Notes under the pieces: model-generated
The model's input: the letters and a program-made list of their open reading frames with translations, nothing else
Databases searched by the model: none
Told to the model about the DNA's origin: nothing
Origin: Candidatus Rokuibacteriota bacterium
GTDB lineage: Bacteria; Methylomirabilota; Methylomirabilia; Rokubacteriales; CSP1-6
Assembly: GCA_023248995.1 (NCBI GenBank)
Contig: JAHFDN010000001.1
Span: 51,249 to 115,248, forward strand
DNA: 64,000 nucleotides
Direction of reading: 5' to 3'
Program-made: the position numbers and the translations under genes
In this document: positions 56,973-64,000 of the stretch, in pieces
How positions within the stretch are numbered: position 1 is the first letter of the stretch
How the letters are laid out: each line of letters begins with the position of its first letter

Positions 56973-59900
56973 CTATGCCACCCCCTTCCTGACGTTACAG
57001 AGGAGCGCTTTGGACTCCTGAATGAACGTCGTGGGGTCACCCAGGCTCGCCACGAGGTCGTTGGTGATGTCGCCGCGGGAGGAGGGCATGACGCCCTGGT
57101 ACCCCCAGTGCCAAGGGATCCCGACCTGGTAGACCTTCTTGCCATTGATGATGAACGGCTGGATCCGTTCAGTGACCATGGCGCGGACCTTGATCTTGCT
57201 CCGCGGGGTCTCCACGGTGATCATGTCGCCGTTGTTGATCCCCAGCTCCTTGGCCATCTCCGGGCCGATCTCAGCGAAGTGGCCGAAGAAGAGCTCGGAG
57301 AGCCAGGGCACGTGGCGCGACATGCCGGCCGCGTGGTGCTCCGTGAGCCGGTAGGTGGTCAAGACGTACGGGTACTTGTCGGGACCGCCGAGTCGGTTCA
57401 GATCGCCGATGTCCCATACCTTGGCGACCGGGTTGTGGTCAACCTTGGACAGGAGGTTCTTGGTCGGCGACTCGTATGGCTCGTAGTGCTCCGGGAAGGG
57501 CCCATCCAGTATGGACGCGAAGAACTGCCCCTTGCCGTGGGCGTTCATGATGAACGCGTCAATGCCGCTGATCCCCTTGAGCGGCCCCTCCTTTGCCCGC
57601 GGCGCGTCCGGGGCCATGACTAGGCCGAAGTCGGGCACATCCAGCCCAATCCACTTCTTCTGCTCCGCATCCCACCAGATGAGCTTCTTCTTCTCGCTCC
57701 AGGGCTTCCCCTTCGGGTCGGCGGAGGCGCGGTTATAGAGGATGCGGCGGTTGGCCGGCCAGGCGAAGCCCCAGCCGTGGGCCAGGTAGTCACCGTCCTT
57801 TGGCCGCTCGCGACGGGCGGCCAGGTTCTTCCCCTCCTCCGGGTAGATGCCGCCGTAGATCCAGTTGCCGCCTGCCGTCAGGCCGTCGTCCCTGAGCTGG
57901 ATGAAGCTCTTGAGGTGGTCCCCCTTCTTGAAAAGGACCTTGCCGTCCTTGTCGGTGATGTCGTCGGTCGCGTACCCGTTGATCTCCTTCAGCACCAGCT
58001 CCATCTTGGGCTCCTTCTTGGGCCCCTGGGGCTGGTAGTCCCAGACGAGATCGATGATCGGCCGATCCTTCTTGGCCTTCGAATCCTTGTAGAGCTCCTT
58101 TACACGGTTCCCCACGTCCACGATGAAGGCCGCGTCAGACCGGGCGTCGCCCGGCGGGTCAACGGCTTTCGTGTGCCACTGAGCCAGCCTCATCGTGTTG
58201 GTGATTGAGCCGTCCTTCTCGGCGGCGGGAGCGCCGGGGATAAAGAAAACCTCCGCCTTGGAGGACTTGGGGTCGATCCCCGGCTCCTTCCAGACTGCGG
58301 CGGTGTCGGTCTCGAAGAGATCCACCACCACCATCCACTCCAGGTTCCTGAGGGCCATTCGGGCCATCTTGGCGTTGGGGCTGTCCACGGCCGGGTTCTG
58401 GCCCATCACGATGAACCCCTTGACCTGCTTTTTCAGCATCCCCACCAGGAAGTGCTGATGGGAATACGCATCCGCCTTCTCCCGCTTGGGGAGATAGTCG
58501 TACGCGTAGTCGCTCTCCTTGCTTGCCGCGGGTCCCCACCAGGCCTTGAGCTGGCTGACGACAAACTTGGGATTGTTGACCCAGAAACCCCCCTTGGGCG
58601 TCGTCTTCTCCAGGTAATCCATGAGGGTCGGGTGCGGCGCCTGCAAGGGCATCGGCGGGTAGCCCGGGAGCATGTGGTAGAGAGTTCCGAAGTCGGTCGC
58701 CCCCTGGACGTTGGAGTGTCCGCGAAGGGCGACCACGCCCCCGCCGGGCCGTCCGATGTTCCCCAGAATGAGCTGGAGCATGCAGAGCGACCGGATCTGC
58801 TGGACACCGTTGGTGGACTGGTTGAGCTGAAGGGCGTAGGAGATCGTGGAAGTCTTGTCCGGCCCTGAAGCTGAACAGAAAATATCCGCCACCTTCAGGA
58901 ACAGGTCCTTGGGAATCCCGCACACCCGCTCCACCATCTCGGGGGTGTAGCGGCTGTAGTGGCGCCGCAGGAGCTGGAAGACGCAGCTCGGGTCGCGGAG
59001 CGTCGGATCCTGCTTGGGGTAGCCATCCGCGTCAAGCTGGAACTTCCAGGTGGTCTGGTCGTAGCTCCGCTTGGCCCGGTCGTAGCCCGTGAAAAGGCCG
59101 TTGAAGTCGGTCGGCGTCCTGAACTGCGGGTCCACCAGGAACGGGGCGTTCGTGTAGTTCACCACGTAATCGTGGAAGTACTTCTTGCTCTCAATGGCGT
59201 AGCGGATCAGCCCGCCGAAGTAGACGGTGTTAGTCCCGGAGCGGATGGGGACCCAGATATCGGCCGTGGCCGAAGTGCGAGTGAAGCGCGGATCCACGTG
59301 GATGATCTTGGCCCCTCGCTCCTTGGCTTTCATCACCCACTTGTAGCTCACCGGGTGACATTCGGCCCAGTTCGAAGTGGGCATGATCACGTCGGCGTTG
59401 ATGACGTCGATCAGGTTCGTGGTCATGGCCCCTCGGCCGAAGGTCGCGCCCAGGGCCGGCACCGTTGCCGAGTGGCAGACACGAGCTGAGTTCTCCACGT
59501 TGACGAGGCCCATGCCGCGGGCCAGCTTGGCGATGAGGTAGTTCTCCTCGTTGTCGAGGACGGAGGAGCCGAGCCAGGCGATCCCCTCGCAGCGGTTGAC
59601 CGTGACTTCCTTGTCGCCCACCTTTGCCTTTTCGACGAAGGTCTCGTCCCGGCTCTTTTTGACCCGCTGGGCGATCTGCTCCATCATCCAGTCAAGAGGC
59701 TTCTCCTCCCACTTGTCGCTCCCGGGGGCGCGGTACATGCACTTCGTCCAGCGCCGCTCGTTGATCGACACCTGGTAGGTAGACGAGCCCTTCGGGCAGA
59801 GTGCGCCCTCGGTGTGGGGCGTGTTCGGGTCGCCCTCGATATCTATAATCTTCCCGTCCTTGACGTAGATCAGCTGGGCGCACCCGACCGCGCAGTAAGG

Positions 59901-60050
59901 ACAGACTCCGGGAAACGCCTTGGCTTCCTTGATCCGGATTGTGGTGGCGAAGGATTCAACGGCGCTCAGGTCGAGCGTGCGCCCTCCGACCGCCACTCCG
60001 CCCGCCGTCGCAACGCCGTACCTCAGGAAATCACGACGTGAAAGGGCCAT
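56973..60050 (-). CDS. fdnG: Periplasmic Mo/W formate dehydrogenase alpha subunit (FdnG-type, Cys ligand)
   Basis: SRRDFL Tat signal, CPYCAVGC...LCPKG, SARVCHS, LRGHSNVQG, WPANRRILYNRAS, TTYRLTEH. Confidence 0.95.
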   Translation of the reverse strand: MALSRRDFLRYGVATAGGVAVGGRTLDLSAVESFATTIRIKEAKAFPGVCPYCAVGCAQLIYVKDGKIIDIEGDPNTPHTEGALCPKGSSTYQVSINERRWTKCMYRAPGSDKWEEKPLDWMMEQIAQRVKKSRDETFVEKAKVGDKEVTVNRCEGIAWLGSSVLDNEENYLIAKLARGMGLVNVENSARVCHSATVPALGATFGRGAMTTNLIDVINADVIMPTSNWAECHPVSYKWVMKAKERGAKIIHVDPRFTRTSATADIWVPIRSGTNTVYFGGLIRYAIESKKYFHDYVVNYTNAPFLVDPQFRTPTDFNGLFTGYDRAKRSYDQTTWKFQLDADGYPKQDPTLRDPSCVFQLLRRHYSRYTPEMVERVCGIPKDLFLKVADIFCSASGPDKTSTISYALQLNQSTNGVQQIRSLCMLQLILGNIGRPGGGVVALRGHSNVQGATDFGTLYHMLPGYPPMPLQAPHPTLMDYLEKTTPKGGFWVNNPKFVVSQLKAWWGPAASKESDYAYDYLPKREKADAYSHQHFLVGMLKKQVKGFIVMGQNPAVDSPNAKMARMALRNLEWMVVVDLFETDTAAVWKEPGIDPKSSKAEVFFIPGAPAAEKDGSITNTMRLAQWHTKAVDPPGDARSDAAFIVDVGNRVKELYKDSKAKKDRPIIDLVWDYQPQGPKKEPKMELVLKEINGYATDDITDKDGKVLFKKGDHLKSFIQLRDDGLTAGGNWIYGGIYPEEGKNLAARRERPKDGDYLAHGWGFAWPANRRILYNRASADPKGKPWSEKKKLIWWDAEQKKWIGLDVPDFGLVMAPDAPRAKEGPLKGISGIDAFIMNAHGKGQFFASILDGPFPEHYEPYESPTKNLLSKVDHNPVAKVWDIGDLNRLGGPDKYPYVLTTYRLTEHHAAGMSRHVPWLSELFFGHFAEIGPEMAKELGINNGDMITVETPRSKIKVRAMVTERIQPFIINGKKVYQVGIPWHWGYQGVMPSSRGDITNDLVASLGDPTTFIQESKALLCNVRKGVA

Positions 60051-60127
60051 CGTCGCACCTCCTGTGAGCCGTCTCCGCAAGACGACCTTGTGAGAAGTTT
60101 CTCGTGCATTCCTCCCAACTGCGCCTG

Positions 60128-60156
60128 ATTAGAGGCAAAAACGGCTTGCCTGTCAA
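60128..60156 (-). promoter_or_regulatory. Sigma70-type promoter of the fdh operon
   Basis: TTGACA-17 nt-TCTAAT. Confidence 0.55.
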
Positions 60157-60166
60157 GCCCCAATAC

Positions 60167-60445
60167 TCAGCCCTTCTCGGGCGGCTCAAAGGTCTTGCGA
60201 TACTCCTCGAAGCATACTTGGAGTACCTCGCCAGCCTCTCGGGTCTTCCCGTGCGCAAGAAAGTCGACGATCCGGCGCCGCGTTTCGTGCTCCAGGATGA
60301 TTCCCCCCGACACGGGGTCGTACAGGCGGCAAAGCTGCAGGAGGGTCCGATTCACCGCCTGAGGGTCCGGGAACTGACTCCGGGCTTCGTCGAACAGCCT
60401 CCCGACAATTTCTGGAAGGTCCCGCCCCTCACGGCGCCTTGCCAT
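60167..60445 (-). CDS. Hypothetical 92-aa protein
   Basis: GAGGA RBS, overlaps the truA end, helical-looking sequence. Confidence 0.65.
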   Translation of the reverse strand: MARRREGRDLPEIVGRLFDEARSQFPDPQAVNRTLLQLCRLYDPVSGGIILEHETRRRIVDFLAHGKTREAGEVLQVCFEEYRKTFEPPEKG

Positions 60446-61214
60446 AGGTAGTCCTCGGCTCCTGGCGGCCAGTTGGATAGATGACTCGCAGCAGGGTGAG
60501 ACCGTGGGGGGGGGCCGTCGGACCGGAGCGCGTTCGGTCCCGGCCCAGAAGCAGTTCAGCCATCCAGTCGGCCGGACGCACCCCGCGCCCCACCTCGACC
60601 AGGCTCCCCACTATATTTCTGACCATGTGGTGGAGGAAGCTGTCGGCTGACAGCAAGATGGCCAGGCTTCCCCGCCGGGCGACCAGCCGTGCCGAGTAGA
60701 CGGTACAGGTCGGCGTGCGCACGCGCCCGGCGGCGGCGCAGAAAGCCGTGAAGTCGTGCTTTCCCCTGAGGGACCGGAGCGCGGATGCCATGGCTTCGGG
60801 CTCAAGCCTGTGGGAGACGTGCCAGGTGTAGCGGCGCAAGAGGGGGTCTGCCACTGAGCCGGTCTGGATCAGGTACAGGTACCGCTTGGAGAGCGCCGAC
60901 CGCCGGGCGTCAAACCCCGGCGCGGCGTCGGCCACCTCCCTGACGCGGATATCGGGCGGCAAGTGGCTGTTCAGGGCCGACCGGATGGCCAGCGGGTGGA
61001 GGCCGGTGTCCACGACGAGGCTCGCCACCTGACACCAGGCGTGAACGCCGGCGTCGGTGCGACTGGCCCCGACCACGTTCACCGGCTGGCCGAAGAGGCG
61101 TCCGCACGCCTCGGTCAAGAGCCCTTGGACCGTCGGGACCGATGGTTGGATCTGCCACCCGCGGTAGGCCCCGCCGTCGTAGGCCAGGACGAGGCGGAAC
61201 GTCCGGACAGACAC
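60429..61214 (-). CDS. truA: tRNA pseudouridine(38-40) synthase
   Basis: AYDGGAYRGWQIQ, ASRTDAGVHA, HDFTAF, FLHHMVRNIVG, TAPPHGL. Confidence 0.96.
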   Translation of the reverse strand: MSVRTFRLVLAYDGGAYRGWQIQPSVPTVQGLLTEACGRLFGQPVNVVGASRTDAGVHAWCQVASLVVDTGLHPLAIRSALNSHLPPDIRVREVADAAPGFDARRSALSKRYLYLIQTGSVADPLLRRYTWHVSHRLEPEAMASALRSLRGKHDFTAFCAAAGRVRTPTCTVYSARLVARRGSLAILLSADSFLHHMVRNIVGSLVEVGRGVRPADWMAELLLGRDRTRSGPTAPPHGLTLLRVIYPTGRQEPRTTYGKAP

Positions 61215-61219
61215 CGGCC

Positions 61220-61555
61220 TTACCGCCGGGAGTCGCGCCGGCTGCGCCACGGCGCCGCCGGTACAGCAATGAGCCAGAGGATCCCGACCAGAACCAGGAG
61301 CAGCAGCTTGAAGGCTGTCTCCCACCCGAAAAACCCCTCGCTGGAAGCGGGCAGGCTCCTGAGGTAGTCTTCGCGCTGGAGATCCTTCGGCTCGTAGTAG
61401 GCCGGGTCATAGCCGCCGACGGTCTCGACGAACCGCATGATCCACGGAACCGCTACGTAGGCGACGACGACCACCGTAAACAGCATGGCGAAGTAAAACC
61501 GACCGGGGCCCCTCAGCCACCGTCGGATCCGCCCCCGCAGAGACGCCCGAACCAC
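61220..61555 (-). CDS. Hypothetical two-TM membrane protein (start uncertain)
   Basis: Two hydrophobic segments flanking YDPAYYEPKD; fills the asd-truA gap. Confidence 0.6.
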   Translation of the reverse strand: MVRASLRGRIRRWLRGPGRFYFAMLFTVVVVAYVAVPWIMRFVETVGGYDPAYYEPKDLQREDYLRSLPASSEGFFGWETAFKLLLLVLVGILWLIAVPAAPWRSRRDSRR

Positions 61556-61559
61556 CCCC

Positions 61560-62564
61560 CTAACGAATCAGGAGTTCGGCGATCTGCACGGCATTGGTCG
61601 CCGCTCCCTTGCGGAGTTGATCCCCCGCCACCCAGAAGTTGAGGCCGTTGGCCAGGGACAGATCCTCCCGGATCCGCCCAACGAAGCAATCGTCGTGCCC
61701 TTCCACGCCGAGGGGGGTCGGGTAGCGGTTCTGACTCGGGTCATCCCAGACCCTGAGCCCGGGGAAGTCTCTGAACAGGCGCCTGGCCCTATCGGCCGTC
61801 ACCTTCGTCTCCGTCTCGACGTTGACCGCCACCGAGTGGGCCGTAAAGACCGGGACGCGGACCGTGGTGGGCGAGATCGGGAGGTCGGGACACTCGAGGA
61901 TCTTCCGGATCTCGTTGACGAGCTTCAGCTCCTCGCCCGTGTAGCCATTTTCGGCGAAGCTGTCGACATGCGGGATCACGTTGAAGGCGATCGGATGCGG
62001 GAAGAACTCGGCCCTCACCGCCTCCCCGCGGGCCCAGGCCAGTGTCTGCCGCCGCAGCTCTTCCACGCCTCTCACGCCGGCGCCGGAGACCGCCTGATAG
62101 CTGGTCGCGATCACCCGGCGGAGGCGCGCCGCGTCATGGAGCGGCTTGAGCGGCATCACGGTGACGATCGTGGTGCAGTTGGGGCTCGCGATGATGCCCG
62201 CGTGCTTCTTGATGGCGTGCGCGTTGATCTCGGGAACGATCAGGGGCACTGCCGGATCCATCCTGAAAGCGCTGGACTTGTCCACTACCACCGCACCCGC
62301 TCTGACCGCAAGCGGCGCGAGCTCTTTGGACTGGGCCGACCCGGCGGAGAAGAAGGCGACGTCTACCCCTTTGAACGCCTCCGGTCCCACCTTCTCCACC
62401 CGAATGCTCTCGCCTTGGAACGTGAGCGTTTTGCCGGCGGACCGCTCGGAGGCGTAGCAGCGGAGCATTTTCACGGGGAATTTCCGCTCCTCCAGAATCC
62501 GGAGCGTGCTACTCCCCACCGCTCCCGTCGCGCCCACGACCGCGACCACGCGTCCCGTCGCCAT
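61560..62564 (-). CDS. asd: Aspartate-semialdehyde dehydrogenase
   Basis: VGATGAVG, SSAFRMD, PNCTT, YQAVSGAG, DQLRKGAATNAVQI. Confidence 0.97.
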   Translation of the reverse strand: MATGRVVAVVGATGAVGSSTLRILEERKFPVKMLRCYASERSAGKTLTFQGESIRVEKVGPEAFKGVDVAFFSAGSAQSKELAPLAVRAGAVVVDKSSAFRMDPAVPLIVPEINAHAIKKHAGIIASPNCTTIVTVMPLKPLHDAARLRRVIATSYQAVSGAGVRGVEELRRQTLAWARGEAVRAEFFPHPIAFNVIPHVDSFAENGYTGEELKLVNEIRKILECPDLPISPTTVRVPVFTAHSVAVNVETETKVTADRARRLFRDFPGLRVWDDPSQNRYPTPLGVEGHDDCFVGRIREDLSLANGLNFWVAGDQLRKGAATNAVQIAELLIR

Positions 62565-62576
62565 GTCTCCCTGTCC

Positions 62577-63665
62577 TTAGCTGTACAGTGCGGCCACTTC
62601 CCGCGCAATCAGCTCGCCCATCTGAACCGTCCCTACGAGGGTGGTACCCTCCTGGCGAATGTCCGCGGTCCGGTAGCCTTTCTCGAGCACGCGCAAAACC
62701 GCCGCCTCGATCTTTTCCGCGTCCGGCCCCATGTCCAGCGAATGTCGGAGCAGCATGGCCGCGGAGAGGATTGCGGCGATGGGATTCGCGACCCCCGTGC
62801 CGGCGATGTCGGGCGCCGTGCCGTGGACCGGCTCGTAGAGCGCCGTCTTGCCGCCGATGCTCGCCGACGGGAGCATCCCCATGGATCCCGCCAGGATCGC
62901 CGCCTCATCTGAGAGGATATCACCGAAGGTGTTCTCCGTCACAATCGTGTCGAACTGGGTGGGGCGCGCGACCAGGGCCATCGCACAGTTGTCCACGAGG
63001 ATGTGCTCCAGCTTCACGTCCGGATAGTCCCGCGCGACGCCGGTGACGACCTCGCGCCAGAGTTGGGACACGACGAGCACGTTGGCCTTGTCCACCGATG
63101 CGAGGCGGCGGCGGCGCTTGCGGGCCACGTCGAAGGCGACCCGGGCGACCCGCTCGATCTCGCGCGAGGTGTAGATCATGGTGTTCACGCCACGCGCGCT
63201 CCCGTCGGCCATCCTCTCGATCCCATGGGGCTCCCCGAAGTAGAGGCCCCCCGTGAGCTCGCGGACCACCATGAGGTCGGTGCCCTCGACCACGGAGCGC
63301 TTCAGCGGCGAGGCGTCGATCAGCATGGGAAAGCACTTGGCTGGCCGCAGGTTGGCGTACAGGTCCAGCTCCTTGCGGAGCCGCAGGAGGCCGCGTTCCG
63401 GGCGCCGGTCGGTGGGGGCGTCGTCCCATCGGGGCCCACCGACCGCGCCGAACAGGATCGCGTCGCTCATCGCGCAGAGGCGGAAGGTGGCGTCCGGGAG
63501 CGGCTCACCGGTGGCGTCGATGGCGCCGCCGCCGACCAACCCCTCTTCGAATTCCAGAGCGGTACCCGATTCCCGGGCGACGACTTCCAGGACCTTCAGG
63601 GCTTCGGGGATGACCTCCTGCCCGATCCCGTCGCCGGGCAGAACAGCGACCTTGTGACGGGTCAC
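62577..63665 (-). CDS. leuB: 3-isopropylmalate dehydrogenase
   Basis: GDGIG, ANLRP, RELTGGLYFG, VDKANV, NTFGDILSD, EPVHGTAPDIAG. Confidence 0.97.
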   Translation of the reverse strand: MTRHKVAVLPGDGIGQEVIPEALKVLEVVARESGTALEFEEGLVGGGAIDATGEPLPDATFRLCAMSDAILFGAVGGPRWDDAPTDRRPERGLLRLRKELDLYANLRPAKCFPMLIDASPLKRSVVEGTDLMVVRELTGGLYFGEPHGIERMADGSARGVNTMIYTSREIERVARVAFDVARKRRRRLASVDKANVLVVSQLWREVVTGVARDYPDVKLEHILVDNCAMALVARPTQFDTIVTENTFGDILSDEAAILAGSMGMLPSASIGGKTALYEPVHGTAPDIAGTGVANPIAAILSAAMLLRHSLDMGPDAEKIEAAVLRVLEKGYRTADIRQEGTTLVGTVQMGELIAREVAALYS

Positions 63666-63677
63666 GGGGCTGGCGCC

Positions 63678-64000
63678 CTAGTCCCGCTGCGGGTCGTAAT
63701 CGGACGCTGTCGGTTTGGCCGTTTTGCCGAGCCCCTGCTTCTTTGCCACGTAATTCATCAAGCCGCCCGCGCCCATGATCTCCCGCGCGAACGCGGGCAG
63801 CGGCTCAGCCCGATACGTCTCGCCCTTGGTCAAGTTCCGGATCTCGCCCGTGACTGGGTTGAGTTCGAGGTCGTCGCCCCGCTCGATGCGCTCGGCCGCT
63901 TCCGTCTCGAAGAGGGGGAGACCCAGGTTGATCGAGTTCCGGTAGAAGATCCGCGCGAAGGATTTGGCGATGACGGCGGACACTCCCGCGGCCTTCATCG
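63678..64000 (-). CDS. leuD: 3-isopropylmalate dehydratase small subunit (5' end outside the window)
   Basis: VIAKSFARIFYRNSINLGLP, AGGLMNY; upstream of leuB. Confidence 0.88.
   Translation of the reverse strand, partial: MKAAGVSAVIAKSFARIFYRNSINLGLPLFETEAAERIERGDDLELNPVTGEIRNLTKGETYRAEPLPAFAREIMGAGGLMNYVAKKQGLGKTAKPTASDYDPQRD

Noticed and set aside
59425-59480. Selenocysteine/SECIS in fdnG
   Set aside because: The active-site codon is TGC (ARVCHS) and the ORF is uninterrupted; the downstream GC pairing is not distinctive

Overview
High-GC bacterial chromosome segment, mostly on the minus strand. Gene content and order suggest Candidatus Rokubacteria/Methylomirabilota or a deltaproteobacterium-like lineage (inference only). 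Housekeeping blocks: LysR-gltBD; moaA/Rieske/chdC/radical SAM; rtcB-yjbQ behind tRNA Gly-Cys-Leu; pgsA-plsY-gpsA-galT; dprA-topA-xerC-hslVU-argBDF-X-argG-comB; ccsA-hemACDB-[rrf2-cysK-cysO-mec]-hemL; leuD-leuB-asd-truA. A large respiratory region carries alternative complex III (actABCDEF) and a Tat-exported formate dehydrogenase with an NrfD anchor. Three things stand out. (1) At 33-36 kb, a candidate new periplasmic metal/sulfur system: a Tat-exported SoxY-SoxZ fusion whose SoxY half has a full superoxide-reductase-type His4Cys iron site, a 7-blade propeller with an H/H/M/M/H/D/H ring, a YeeE transporter and a perfect 20-bp operator palindrome. (2) At 7.7-11.3 kb, an accretion hotspot at the 3' end of gltD, with two displaced copies of the gltD tail and a textbook integron attC cassette but no integrase. 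(3) A PTOX/AOX-type di-iron quinol oxidase inside the fdh cluster, directly behind an intrinsic terminator. All calls come from reading motifs by eye; no database searches were run.
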